The notes beneath the pieces were generated by a model. That model was given only the letters and a program-made list of their open reading frames with translations, was not told the origin of the DNA and did not search any database. Shown one piece after another: positions 11,097 through 25,154 of a stretch of DNA of 64,000 nt. This DNA comes from Selaginella moellendorffii. Taxonomy: Eukaryota; Plantae; Lycopodiophyta. The stretch is from contig NW_003314285.1 in assembly GCF_000143415.4 (NCBI RefSeq), positions 66,311-130,310 on the forward strand, in the 5' to 3' direction. Each line of letters begins with the position of its first letter. The stretch's first letter is position 1. A program made the position numbers and the translations under genes.

Positions 11097-14000
11097 TGGA
11101 GGGACCTTGCGCGAATAAATCAGTGACCCCTCCATCTTTCTTTCGGGAATATCATCAAGGGGTTCACTCGGCACCGGTTCATCCCGTGTTTACTTTCCAA
11201 GCTCGTTTTTATAACAAGAGGTCTCCTATTATTCTCTCCGTGTTGGTTGATACAGGTTCGAGTTTATCTTCTATTGCTCGACCTGTTACCACACGTTGTC
11301 GTCTACACTTGCGTCGTGCGGCGGAACCAGTTTTCATTCTTTATGGCAACGGCCGTACACATGCATGTGCACGGGATGAGGTGGACCTGGTTGTGCGTGT
11401 GGGCGATCTCGAACTTGAGTTGCAGTCGTTGCGGGTGGTGCCGAGTCAAGCTTTTGACCTCATTCTTGGTATGGATTGGTTGCAGCGCAATCATGCCAAG
11501 TGTGACTTTGAGGCTTCTCCCCCTTGTCTCATACTTCCTTATGTTTCATCCATTCCTCTCACTTTCATACCTCTTCGTCCCTCTACTTCTACCTCTGCTT
11601 CCATTACTTTTGTTCCCCCACTCTTTCCTTCTGTGTTTCCATCTTGTTCTGCTTTTCCCTTTTCCGATCCCTCCGACGATCTTTGTGTTGCAGCAGTTGA
11701 CCGGCTCATGAAGGAGTATTCTGATCTCTTTGAATTTGACCTATCGTCTGGGGCCAAGATTGCCACATGTCATCCGATTCCAACCGGGGATGCTCGTCCA
11801 ATCAAGATTCCTGTTCGTCGTCGGTCACCTAAGGAGATCAAGATTTTACGAGCCAATGTCAAGGAAATGCTGGAGAAGGGTGTTATTCGGAAGTCGCGGA
11901 GTCCTTGGGCATGTGAACCTCATCTTGTGACGAAGTCTGATGGGAGTATTCGTTTCTGCATCGACTATCGCCCGTTAAATGAAGTGACGATCCCAGATGT
12001 GTATCCTCTTCCTCACACTGCTGATCTCTTAGATCGTCTGGGGCGAAGTCGTTGGTTCACCAAGCTAGATCTTGCTTCTGGGTATTGGCAAGTACCGATG
12101 GCCGAAGAAGATATTTCTAAGACTGCTTTTCGTACACCATTTGGTTTATATGAGTTCTTGGTGATGCCGTTTGGTTTGAACAATGCTCCCGCAACTTTCC
12201 AGCGGATGATGGACGAGGTTCTTTGCGATATGCCGGAAGTGACTGCTGACTTCATTGATGATGTCTTGATCCACTCGGAGGGGACGTGGGAGGAGCACGT
12301 TCGTGATGTTTGTAAAGTGTTGGATCGGCTATGTGATGTTGGTTTAAAGCTGAAGCGGTCAAAGTGCTTGTTTGGGTCCAAGGACACAACTTATCTTGGG
12401 TACTGTATTTCTCGTGAGGGTTTGCAAGTTGATCCTGACAAACTTGTGGCTGTTCTAAAGTTCCCTACTCCGAAATATGTGAATGATGTGCAGCGTTTTT
12501 TGGGTAAGGTGCAGTATCTCGGTCGTTTTGTGGATCATCTTTCCGATCGCACTACACCATTGCGAGCGTTGCTGAAGTCATCAACGTCATCTTTCATTTG
12601 GTCTCCGGATTGTGAGTGGGCGTTCGTGGATCTCAAAGAGCTATTGACGACTCCTCCGGTTTTGGCATATCCTGACTACACTCGACCTTTTATTTTGCGC
12701 GTGGATGCTTCTGACATTGGTCTTGGAGGTGTGTTGATGCAAGAGAGCTCGAGTGTGCCTGGTCAGTGCCATCCCATTGCATACATAAGCCGTATATTAC
12801 AACCAGCGGAGATGAACTACTCCACGACGGAGAAAGAGTGTTTAGCAGTAGTCTGGGGTTTCGAGAAACTTCATGCATATCTACATGGTTCTCGGACGTT
12901 ACTTGAAGGTGACCATGCTACTGTTACTTCATTATTGAAGCGGAAGAACCTGGTTGGTCGTACGGCTCGATAGGCTTTGAAGCTTCAGATATATGATTTC
13001 GATGTTGTTCATCGCCCAGGGAGTTCTATGGCTGATGCTGATGCCCTTTCTCGAGCTCCTCTTCCTTCTCCACTCACTTCTCATGTTTCTGACGAACCTG
13101 TTGTTCCAGCATCTGTGGATTTTCTAGATGAGGATTCTGTGCCGTCGGCAGTTGCTGTCCTTGACGTTCAGTGTCCACAGGGCGTAGAGCAAGATTTAAC
13201 TTCTCTTGATGAGGTTCGCGAGGCTCAAAAGATTGAGCCGTGGATTCGAAGGCTTCGAGATGGGTTTGAGAATCCTGCATCACTTGCTGATGACTTGCCT
13301 TTCCGGCATTTACATTCTCAATATCGCCTTGAAGATGGCCTTCTTTATTTTGTGGGGACGGATCCTGATGATCATTTACGGTTGGTGGTGCCTTCGGTGT
13401 TTATTCCACAGTTTCTCCATGCCTACCATGATTCTCCTGTTCTAGGTGGGCATATGGGACACTGTCGTGTCACCGAGAAGTTGCGCAGGTCTTTCTATTG
13501 GCCAGAGATGCGACGTGATATTATCCGATATGTGCGTAGCTGCGTTTGGTGCCAAGCTCGTAATACTCCCCCTTGTGCTGTGGAAGGACGGTTGGAGTCA
13601 ATTGCAGTTTCCCGTCCGTTTGAGTTGGTGGCGTTTGATCTTATGGGACCTTTTCCACGATCGACTGCTGGCAATGAGTATGTTATTATTGCTTCTGACT
13701 ACTTGACTCGTTGGGTGGAAGTTGGTGCTCTTGCTAGCGCCTCTGCAACTGCTGTTGGATACTTCCTCCTCAATCGAGTGGTGTTCCAGCATTCTTGTCC
13801 AGAGCGGATTCTTTCGGATAATGGTCCTGCATTTATGGCTGAGGTATTTCATGTTTTGACATCTCGGTTGGGGATACGCCACACTTTTACGAGTGCTTAT
13901 CATCCACAATCAGACGGTCTGGTGGAACGGCTTGTTCGGACATTCAAAGGGATGATTGCGAAGTATGTGAACTTTCAGCATTCGGATTGGGATGGTTATT

Positions 14001-14560
14001 TGCCGTCTCTTTGGTATGCCTATGTCACAGGGGTGCAGAGTTCTGTTGGTGCTTCACCATATAAACTTCTATATGGTCATGATCCAATATTACCAACAGA
14101 GCTGGGTTTACCTTCGCGATTGCCACGAGCTCCTGATGCTAGGTCATGGGATCAGTATTTAACAAGCATTCTTCCATTTGTCCGAGCAGAGTCTGCCGAA
14201 CACTTAGGCCACGTACAAGTGGGACAACAACGGCGCTACATCTCCCATCATCGTCCACCTGCGGAGTACAAAGTGGATGATTTGGTGTTAGTCCGCTTTC
14301 CCCATCTTACGGTACGTGGTTTATCTAAGGGGCTCCTTGCGCAGTGGAAAGGACCGTATCGGGTGTTGCGGCAAGTTGGACCACAAGTTTATGAGGTTCG
14401 GCATGACGTTCAGCAGGCCGATCCTCCGGAGATTGTGCATGTGCAGCGGTTAAAACGCTTCATACAAAGGGATCAGGAGCAGTTAATACTGTCTACAGAT
14501 CCGCCGATGCCTCCTCCTGACGTTCCTCCAGATCCTGGCCCATCTACAAGAGAACCCTAA
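10961..14560 (+). CDS. pol: Pol (PR-RT-RH-IN) in the -1 frame, interrupted by one TAG at 12971-12973
   Basis: LVDTGS protease; RT motifs LDLASGYWQ and FIDDVL; RNase H VDASD...EKECLA; integrase HHCC, DLMGP...SDNG...ERL; GPY. The stop replaces the conserved W of 'ARWAL'. Confidence 0.93.
11072..11078 (+). other. -1 ribosomal frameshift slippery heptamer G GGA AAC
   Basis: X XXY YYZ pattern in the gag frame just before the gag stop. Pol lies in the -1 frame. Confidence 0.8.
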
Positions 14561-15559
14561 CGGCCTTCCATTATTCCGAGAGGAGGGGATGATGTGAGGG
14601 CCAAGTGTATGGCTACGATGCCGTATACTAATATTAGCGTAGTGGATTTTGGTAGCCGTCGGATTGGTTTCAATCCGGATCACTCGCTCCTGTATATAAG
14701 CTAGGGTTTTTGGGCTAATTGATATGCACATTTCTGTATTCCCTTTCCATATTCCAGGTGTATTTAAATGGTGTATTTTTGCCACCATTTAAAAATATTT
14801 TCTTGTGTAACCTATGCATTCAACAATGGTCATCTAAATCTACCACCTTTAATACACCAATATTTATGATATCAACAACAAAACATAAAATGTAATCCAA
14901 AGACTATATAAAGAGGACCCCTAATGATATAAAGCATTAAAGCATTAAAGCAAGAGCTTAAGTTTTCTCTTTTAGTTTTTTCTTTAAGTGTTACTTCCTT
15001 GAAAAATAAAAAAATTAAGAGTTAATGGAAATCCCTCTCCTTTCTCTTTCTCTCAAGGCATAAAGCATGTAGAGATGGTGTGTTACTAACCACCAGCTTC
15101 AAATATGACGACCTCATGATGGCACAGAGAAATGTTTTAGAATCAATGAGATCTTTATTAACTCCTTCACCAAAAGATCTACTATTAATCATATTGCCAC
15201 TCTGCAAAATCTCTTTAAAGAAGCATATGGTAAGAATTTCCATGGGTGGACAATGCTTGATGATCATGCGGAATGCACCAATGGATCTTAGAAAGCACCT
15301 AGTGGTTTACAAAACATGGATCATGGAGGAAATCAATAGAGTCTTGCTATAGAGAAATGAAGTTTAGAATTTTTTTTCCTCCCTTGTCAATACCTCTTTT
15401 CAAAAATGATGCAACAAGAGAGAGGCAAGGACTTGTGATTAGTCTATAATAGCTATCCCTATGGTTATCGATTGAATCCTTGCACCGAAGTGTAGAAGTC
15501 AATCTGCTAAAACTAACCCAAAACAATTGAATAAGAGAAACATTTAATGAAAATGTATT

Positions 15560-18500
15560 ACTTTATTTATTTGCAAGATATATTACAAAATTTACAAAAG
15601 CTACTATGTAAGATTCCTAAAAGGCTCCCAAATTGATTTACAAGTTGGGTAACCTTTTCAGTTAATAAGATATTCCTTGCATGAGCTTGTCTCTGAAACC
15701 GAGAATCCATGATACTTCCAACTTCATACTCGGGTGCACCATTGACATCATCTGATGGTGGATGAATCTCTCCTTGGCAACGAATATTTATAGTGTATAG
15801 GGCAAAAAGATTGATATGAAAGATATTATAAACATTTGATATCTCTGCAGGAAGATTCAATCAATAGGATATATTACCAATCTATTTCAAAACCCAATAG
15901 AGCCCAACATATCTTAATAATAGCTTCCGGGACAAAGATCCCTTAACATTTAAATTTTAGGAAAATAGCCACACCTGATCTCCCATTTAATAGGATACAT
16001 CCCTGATATTGATCCTTGTCATATCAATACCTATCTTGAATATCCTCCAACTAGTCTGAACTAATTGCTGACATTGCCTAGAACTGAGCTTGATGACTCA
16101 ATGCATTTGGAACAATATTGTTTTTACTAAATTTATATATGATTTCAATATTGAATCTAGTAAACTTCTTTTATCAATAAGCCTACTTCAGCATAAGCTT
16201 TTGTTGCATTGCAAAGTAGCTTAGTGTATTATTATCTATAAAGCTTAGTGTATCTGCATAAATAGTGTCTCTAATGTTCCAATGCCGACACTATAACAAA
16301 CATCTCTTTTTCATGCATTGACCATCTTTATTGGGTTTTATCCAATTTCTTAGAATAAAATGTAACAAGACAACCACATCACTTTAGTATAACATCAATT
16401 GCATTATCATAGTCTTGTTTCATGGCATCTATAGCATAGCCAAAGGCATTACAATACACTTCAAAGGGTTTATCAAGATTTAGGATCCTAAGAACAAAAA
16501 CCATAATTAAGATCTCCTTCAACCATACAAAAGCATACTAACAAGTTGGTGTCTAATGAAATGGTATATTACCCTTTGTGAACTCAGTTAATGGAAGAGC
16601 AATACTTGCAAAATTGCGAACAAACGTGTGATAATATCTCGCCAAACCGAGAAAGGAACGAACATTTGATATAATAGTTAGGACTTCCAAGACTTCACAA
16701 TTGCTACCTTCTTTGGATCCACCTCAATTATGCCATTACCAACCATATGTTCAAGAAAGTTCATATATAATTATCCAAAAGCATATTTACTTTTCTTAAT
16801 ATATACATAACTTTTGAAACACTAGCTCTAAGTGTTTCAAATGATCCTTCAACATTTTATTGAAGATTAAAACATCATCAACTATCTATCATTGTACTAA
16901 ACATTGCCAAAGCATTACATAACCCAAATGGCATAATGAGAAGCTTATATAATTCGTAACAAGTCTTAAAGGATGTCTTCTCCACATCTTGATCTACCAC
17001 TTATATCTAATGATACTCAAACCACAAATCAAGTTGCATAAAATACTCATGCCTTTAAGAGTTGGTCCAACAAGTCAACAATGTCAGGCAATGGATAGCT
17101 GTTTTTTACTATAATCTTATTAAGAGCCTAATAATTGATATACATCCTTATGATACCATTTTTTTAATAAAATAAAGGACTAGCACTTTATAAAGTGACT
17201 TACTTGGTTGGATATGACTTTTGTCAAAAAGTTCTATGAATTGCTTCTTGAGTTCAGCCATCTCCTTGATGTTCAAATGATATAGAGCTTTTGTAGGTCC
17301 TAGAACAATCTTAATTTGATGATCAATCTCACAGCTAGGAGGTAGCTCTATTGGCAAATCCTTTATAAAGATATCCTAATTCTGCCCTAACAATCTTAAT
17401 ATTTCCCTTGGTATATGATCAACCCTATCACCGATTCAAATTAGGTCATTATTACCTTAGCTTCCATCATTTGAACCCAGAAGGTTAAACGTCCTTTCTT
17501 AGCTACTTTTTGAGTAGCTCTTGTAATTAGGAATTTAGCATCCCAATCCTTTGAAGAGTGCTTTTGCAATTGGAAGGATACATTAGGATGTCTTTTTGAC
17601 CTCAATACGATGCAATTTTGTCCAACACCATAAATCCTATTGATATATTTATTGAAAAAATCCATACCAAACACCATCTAAAAGTTTGGTATCTTCAACA
17701 CTACCAAATTCAATCTTTCTTTCCACTTGAATATTTTTATTAGAACATCACTTAGAAATTCTCTAGCTACTTACCCACCTTCTACAAATTGGAAGTATAT
17801 GAACGACATATACTCAGCTTTCAATCCTAACAACTTAACTAAGTCTTCAAATATCACATTGTGCATAGCTCATATATCAATCATCACTCGGATTCGGTGT
17901 TTGTAAACAAAACCTATCAGATACATCAATGGATCAGTACTTGCATTGATTGTGAGAAAAGCTTGAAGAAAGTAACTCATTTCCTCTTCCTCATAATTTG
18001 TATTAACCAATTCATCAACCCCTTCAACTTCACCACCACTATCTTCCCTAATAATATTATACGAGACTTTGTCTTATGCTTGTTAGGACATTTTGAGGAC
18101 CTATGTCCTACCTCTCCACAATAGAAGTAATGACCCACACTACTTGTTCCATTAAGAGTAAGTTTCATAGGTTGCTATTACTTGTACCCATGAGAAGGAG
18201 AAATAGAGGGCTTAAGACTAAAAGAAGTTGTTGATAGTTGCTAACCACCACTTTGTTAACCATTGCTTATAAACCTTTAGAGCAAAAGCTTCCTTCCACC
18301 TTCTATTTCTGATCACTTTATTTATTCCTAGAGTTTTTAATTTTGTCTGAAGTACTAGCATATAGCTGCTGATACTATTCCATAAGCAAGTGACTGAAGG
18401 CAACTTGTTGTGATACCTCCTTACACTTTAGGTATGTTTTCAATTTAAACTTCAAAACTTCATTGCGAGAAAGTGAACTCAAACCTTCCAAAAAATAACT

Positions 18501-19103
18501 TCGAGCATCTTCATCATTCATATTTTTAATCATAATGCACTTTTGAGCAAATGCCTTAATGTAATGCATAAGGTCCCCATGTTGCTTCAATTGCCACAAC
18601 TTTTAGTTTACCCTTTTTCAACACAAATTTGGCACCACCAAGTTTTGGCATGATTGCTAAGAAAGGACTATGCATATGCAACCTTTGTATGATCATCTAC
18701 GTCTGTTGCTATAAAATAGTTATTCATAATATAGACCCAGTCTTCCAAAACCTAATAATCCTATATACTTCTGAAATTGAGAGGTTTTGGGGGTTTGAAC
18801 TTTGAAACTCATGCAAAACTTCATTATCTTTAGAACTTGAAGAAAAATTCAACTACTAGGTTTTGCGGATTTTGCTAGTTTAGCTACCTCATCTTCTTTC
18901 TTCCTCCCTTTATTCTCCTTCTTCAATTTGTGAATTTCTTTCGTAAATTCTTGATCTCAATGTCTTGAGTTGATTAGAAAAGTCTTTGTGTATTGAGTTA
19001 GAAATTCCAATAAAAATTTGGATAAGAATCACTAAGATAATTCCTCTAATATAAGATATAACGCACCTAAATTTGGAGCTAAACTTCAAGCCTATTATGC
19101 TAC
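15560..19103 (-). mobile_element. Decayed chromovirus-type gypsy element; its 5' LTR is split by the Sola-like transposon (remainder 31374-31635)
   Basis: Remnants of gag (18375-18800), protease (~17880), RT (ELPPSCEIDHQIK, 16700-17357), RNase H and chromodomain (PEYEVGSIMDSR, ~15700). Degenerate PBS at ~19042-19053. Confidence 0.8.
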
Positions 19104-19531
19104 AAGCTCTATTTCGTTAAAGTGGGAATTGTCATTATCCCACTTGTAAAATAAGGTTTCCAAACCTTTATATAGTATATAAATATAACAAAATTCACAT
19201 GCCATTTTATTTTAAACAAGGAAATGTCTACTCAATCACTTCTCCTCCCCCTGCCACTGCTTCACCTCTCTCTTCTCCTTGTCATCGTCATCCAATTTCT
19301 TTCCATCCTTTTAATATTGGCTCAGTTGCTCCGAGTCTAGGTGGAGCCCAAGTCCCCATTCAATCTTTACTTTCCCCTTATTAATAAAACAACTTCATAG
19401 ACTTCCAATAACATGCTGTAACACTTCTAGTATAATGCAAATCCTCTCAAAGAATTGTCTTTTAATATTAATACAATGGCATGGAACCCCATGCCATAAT
19501 AAGTTACATTTTTAAATAAATACATACCATC

Positions 19532-20394
19532 TCAGACTGTTATTTTTTGCCTCCAACGCCTATACAATAATCTTGGAATTTCATCACTCTCCACACTATC
19601 AGGATTTAAACCCAATAGTAATGCCATCTCTTCTCTAATACGTCCACGCTCATGTTCAGTGGTCGAAGAACCCATCCGGTTGAGCAGATTATGGAGATGC
19701 GGATAGTGCTTGGCTAGACAATATACATGCCATAAATGATGACTGGTGTCTGTCCGATCAAATGGCTTCTGATATACCGTTCCATCTGCCATTTGGTTGA
19801 TTTCTGCAGCCACCTCCTGGACTGGCCGGTTCTCTATCACCATCGCTCCAAGACGTTTTGCAAGGTCCCCCAGAACATACGGTTTCTTCTCCCTAGTTTC
19901 CATACTGCAAGAGATGGGGTGCACTGCATATGTGTGCGTGTTCGCTGCAGTTTTAATCGGCGAGTCATCGATGATGAGGATTTCACTTGAGCTAGCAGTC
20001 CGGTTCATCGCTACAGCCTCTGGCTTGACGAAGATGGGCTTGCTACCCCTCACATGGACCATAGTCAAGCAATCCTCCTGCGTTAGGAGAAAGTCAAATG
20101 GTAATATTACTCGCGTCTGATCGTGCATCATCTGTAGCAACGTTAATGCATTGTGGCGCATCATGGATGTCCAAACTCCCAATTGCAAATTGAACCCGGC
20201 CCTCTGTTTTAAGTGTCGCATGGTCATTATTAGATCCCGCAGTTTCTCCCGTGTGATTAATGTGAATCTGTCTCTTTTGACCAACTTGCGACCGCAGGCT
20301 TTGGAGGGTGCAATGACATTCGAGGACGAGCCACGCTCATGGGAGAAAAGGACACCGTTTAGATCAAAAACGATACAGTACCTTCGCCGTGACT
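19532..20394 (-). CDS. FCP1/NIF-like HAD phosphatase domain (last exon of the cargo gene)
   Basis: Motif I DLNGVL, motif II GVWTSM, FVKP, motif IV IIDDSPIK...HP. Confidence 0.8.
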
Positions 20395-23300
20395 CTGAAA
20401 TGAAATGCGTCAGCATAAAAAATGGTACAAGTCAATTTTACCATCTACAATATTAGCGAATGTTGCTCCCGATGGTCGTTGAGAGGGTTTTGGTCGAGGA
20501 AACGTGAAGGGCGGAAATACTCTCCTCTGCAATGTGGGGTCAATCGCATCCGATGGCGTGTGGGCACATGCCATTTCAGCTGTAGACTCTGGTACAACTG
20601 GCTCAATAGTGGCATGGGGTGGTTCCGATGGCGTGTGATCACACGCCATTTCAGCTGGTGCCTCCGTTGGCAAAGTGGACATGACCGAACAGGCAGCAGG
20701 GGCGGTGTAGGGAGGTTCCAACGGCGCGTAGTCAGACGATTGGGCACACGTTGAGTCCGTTGGAAATGAGGATACGACCGGCTCGGCGGCTGGGGCGGCC
20801 TCATGTGGGTCCAATGGCGCCTGGTCACCGTCAGTTGGATACGTGGACAAGATTGACTCAGTGGTATGGGCAGCATCAAGTGGAGCGTGGTCAGCTTGCT
20901 TGGCGTTGATATGGATAGTAGCCTTCACCAGCTCTGATGACTCTTGCAGCCAAGTAGAGTCCACTGGCGGATCCATATGCATGTCCAAATATCTCCCTTC
21001 GATTGAGATGGTATCCTCCCGTGCTACTAAAAACAAACTCATTAGCACATTGAATCGACTATACTATATTTACCATCAACTGCTATTGAGGAACTAGGAC
21101 CGATATCACTTGGGCGCACTGCTGATTCTGAAGGATTGGACATACGTTTCGACCCTTGCTTGGCACTATCCTTCCTCGACACTAAAGGCTAGAGTTTGTA
21201 AATTCAACTGAATAATCTCTACTTACCATTTGCTCTGCGACCTACATGGACAATGTTAGAAATGGTAAAAGGTTAGGAATGGATGTATTATTATTTACCT
21301 GATGGTTTGTCTTGTATGACCTTCCTCCGCTGCTCTTTGGCCACCTCAGGCTGGCCATCGTCGTCATCATCGTCGTCGTCGTTATTGTGATCGTCACCAT
21401 TGTGAGGACCATCCAAGTCCTCTTCGTCCTCCTCTTCTTCGTCCTCCTCTTCTTTGTCCTCCTCTTCGTCCTTCTGCTCTTCCTGCTCATTATCTTTCTC
21501 TGGCTCCTCATCCCCCTCCTGCATTTCTTCCATAGGCTGCTCAGGCTGGATGGCTTGTTCTTCCAGGACCATCTTGGGAAAATCATCTGGCCGAGTCTCC
21601 ATCTCAAAATACAAGACATCCATAGCCTGTTTTAGTGCGTGACCTAGGACCGTATCCTCACCCGACTGTCTTAACATGGTTTCTGCACGTTCTTGCACCC
21701 TTCGAAGACGACGAGATGAGAAAAACATGGCCCTGACTTGAAAAGCTTCCCTCATCCATTGTACCTCTCCATTGAGATTGGGGAAGGGGAGTCTGCCATA
21801 GGAATCTGAGTCATGAGGTGGTGACTGCTTGCTTTCACTCAGCCCTTGATCTGCAATGAATGGCATGAGCACACATGCCATAACCGCGAGGCATTACCTA
21901 TCATCTTTTCGTTGCCCTTCTTCCTTTTCGAATCAAACGCCTCTGATCTCGACGACTGTCCAACGTGCTTTCGCTTTTTATGACCACTGTCAGTTTGAGC
22001 TTGGCTGGTGCTTGCCTGTTTTGCCTTTGAAGAAGTTTCTCCTGCAAGGAATGGCATGAGACCACACGCCATTGCAAATATAATTTGTACCTCCTTTTTT
22101 CCTATTGCTTGTCTGTTTGTCCTTCTTCGATGCGCCACCAGTGCGCTTTTCAGTCCTCGTGTCTAAATATTCACAACGATCTATAATCAAAATGGCGTGA
22201 GGCCTCACGTGACCTTACCTTGTGCAGGTTGTGAGCTCGGCCCAACATGGGTATCTTCAACAGTAGCTGTTAACGCCGTTTCAGCATCTGGGGGTGGCCA
22301 CGCTCCTGCATACAGAGCTTGTGAGATAACATTTAAACTTAAAGTGCGTACTCACCAGGTTCGCAGAGAAGATACTGTTTTTCTTTGGCAACTGTAATTA
22401 TATGCTCCATTGAAGTCACCTCTTCAATGGAGTTTGTCACCGCAACACACGGGACACCCTTGAGTAGTGCGGCTCGAAAGAATAGTCCGCCGCAGTTGTA
22501 CTCGACAATGCATTTGCCCTTGGAGTCGGAAGCAGGTGACCCACCCGCTATTGCGTTGAAGACCCAGCTGAGCATTTCCCATGCTGCACCTGGAGCTTTC
22601 TTTGGATTCGAAAGCTCCATAGCCGTCTTCAGTTCCTCAAGCACGGGTAAATTGACCTCCCTCAGATCAATTCGATTGGCCTTGTCGAACGAAGCTGGGA
22701 AGTCACTCCAGTCCCACTCTGCTGCAGGACCAATAACAAGGGCGAGTGTGAAGATGCGGACATTCGTCGGTATCTCCTCCTTAGCCATTATCCCATGGAT
22801 CTCCCGCATCTCCTTGCCTTTCAACCGAGCCTTCACCTCGTTCAAGGCCTTCCAGAACTTGTGATAGGATTCGGAGTCGTAGATCATATAGTGGACTGAA
22901 GATTCCACCTCCGCAAGTCCCACCATTAAGTCAATGATGGAGCTGACTTCGTCTGCATGAGTGATCTCCTCGTTTGTGAAGTCCATCACACAAAAGATGT
23001 TCTTGACCTGCTCATCTCCGCGGGAAACGATGCTCCTCCACCTTTGATCCTCATCCGAATTCACGTATACCCGGTAAGGTTCTCGATAGGCCTCTGCTGC
23101 GGGGTCGAGCTGTTTCTGAAGCCGGCGGTCGACATCCCTCTTAATGAAATTTGGATACTGATCCAACTTCTCAGCTTTACTTTTCGTGGCATCCCGCAGC
23201 AGATCGATGAACTTGGGGGCCCCCTTCACGTAGTCGTCGATGTCTTCATTTGACAACTCCAGCGCTTCCATCATCTCTTGCGTGGTGTCGATGCTCACCC

Positions 23301-25154
23301 TCTCCACGGCCACTTGCTCGAAGATCCAATCCTTCAATAGCGCACGAGCTCTCAGAGTCGTGCACAAGTCCTCGTATGTCACAATATGGCCGGGAGTCAT
23401 TTTGGTCTTGTTGAAGACTACCTCACCACGTAGAAGAGCATTAGCCACTGTCAGAAGGTCGTCGTCGTCTAGAGACCGCGAGAAACGTAAGGCGTTGAGC
23501 TTCAAATCATTGGGCTTCCGGCCGTCCTCCACACCCATTGAGTTTGGCAACTCCCCGTCATGGTACCTCCTCAGCACATCTACCCATTTGTCAAAAACAA
23601 CTTTTGTCGCGAGTAGAATGTTATGGATGCTGAGTGTGTCATTGACCCCCAGTGTTTTCGAGAGAAGACTCGAGAATTCCTGCAATGGAAATGGCGTGAG
23701 GCCACATGCTATGCCACATACAACGAGGCTTACCTGCCAGGCGCTAGTTGCTAGTGCACGTCCTTGTCCTGGTTTTTGTGGCTTCTTTAGTTGAACCCAG
23801 AGCTTCCGTGTTCGTGCCAATGTCTCGTGCAGACCCGATTTGTAGCACGTTTCTTGCTTGACATTCTGCGCGTGGGAGATGTATATGATAGATCGGAGGG
23901 GCGAGTTGCCTTTTATCAGGCGGACAACTCTTGTCTTGAAGACTTTCTTCACCTCCTCGCCCACCATAATATCCACAACTATCTCTTGCATCGCCAAGCT
24001 AGAATGCTGCCCGGAGACGGCATAGAACCGGATGTTCTGATCGTCCAACACCTTCCTATTGATCAAGTCTGGAAACCTCATCTCGCCCTTCATTTTTTGG
24101 TAGTAGGGGATCACGTCTGCGATGTCGGGTGTTACTGGACTTGCCAGCATCTTCTGCTTCAATTTCTCCACCCACTCATCAGATACTAGCCTGTGGTTGT
24201 ATTTGCTTTGGATGTCGATACAGCTCACGTCGATTGTATATACTTTGTTGGAATAGTAACAAGTACTATTATCTGCGACAATTTTTGCTGCCTCTTTTTG
24301 CTCTTTCTGCTCTTTGTGGCTCTTCTTTTTGGTGGGTGTAGTGTTCGAACCCGAGGCAATGGCATCACTGAGTAGCTTCTTTTTTGGAGCAGGAGAGTCG
24401 GACGTCGGCTTGAGCTTGACCACCCTTTTCTGCTTCGAGGTAGTTTCCAGATCGACCCCCTTCCCCTTTGCTTCGCGAACTGGAGTCACTCTCAACGGCT
24501 CAATGTTGGAATATAGTTTTTGAACATCGCCGTAGGTGAGGTCCGTGGATTCCATGTGATCTTCATAGACCCGCAGCGTCTTTGAAATTGTGGGCCTCTT
24601 GGACAACCTCTCCCTAGCTCCCTCTAGGAATTCCTCATAGCCGCTGCCCCCCTCCGGGAAGCCGCTAGGATGTGCAAGGTGGATCTTGAAGGCAGACGCT
24701 GTCTCTACCACAAGTGCCAGTCCATATTCTTGCATGGAACTGCATGGAGTGTCTGTCACTTGGATGAGGATCCCCATGCATTCTTTTCTCCCACCATCTG
24801 TGTTGTACAGCCTCAGATCCTCGCCTTCCATCCCGAAAGTCCAACTGGTGAGCTCCTCCCCCTTCTCTGCATCCACATTGACAGTGGCTGGAAGAAGAAC
24901 GCAATTCCTCGCCTGTTCAGAAATGCACAACAATTAGAGCTGACAGATGAAAAGCTAGTAGCTGGAAATAACGTGAGGCCACACGCCATTCACCACTGCA
25001 TCAGATGTCTTGAGGCTGCATCCTAAGATGGCGTGAGGCTACACGCCATCTGTAACCGGACTGCACTCGAGAGCCCAATCGGTGCATGCCAATGTTGCTA
25101 TTGAATGGCATGTGGCCTCATGCCATTTTCTACTTGGCCTAAAAGACTTACCAT
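19532..25154 (-). CDS. Multi-exon transposon cargo protein (~1643 aa): ParB/Srx-like domain + degenerate MTase-like region + acidic/Pro linker + FCP1/NIF-type HAD phosphatase
   Basis: Manual GT-AG splicing: 25154-25152, 24912-23734, 23679-22356, 22305-22219, 22162-22091, 22041-21898, 21850-21299, 21241-21227, 21181-21074, 21026-20442, 20394-19532. Total 4932 nt, in frame, no internal stop. Motifs: RFYAVSGQHSSLA (ParB-like); IVEYNCGGLFFRAALLKGVPCVAV (MTase motif I-like, weak); IVFDLNGVL, VWTS, IIDDSPIK (HAD). Confidence 0.8.

Larger units (their letters stand above)
9771..14758 (+). mobile_element. Young Ty3/gypsy LTR retrotransposon
   Basis: 5' LTR 9771-9944 (TGTGAG...CTCACA). 3' LTR 14593-14758 differs by 2 C/T substitutions and lacks the last 8 bp. 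PBS-like TGGTGGAG at 9946, PPT at 14578-14592, gag-pol inside. Confidence 0.95.

Noticed and set aside
12971-12973. Programmed stop read-through in pol
   Set aside because: The position is a conserved Trp, and the old relative has TGG (caatgggcttta, ~47947), so this is a simple nonsense mutation.
21312-21635. Hydrophobic membrane-protein-like ORF
   Set aside because: It is the antisense shadow of the acidic exon of the cargo gene.
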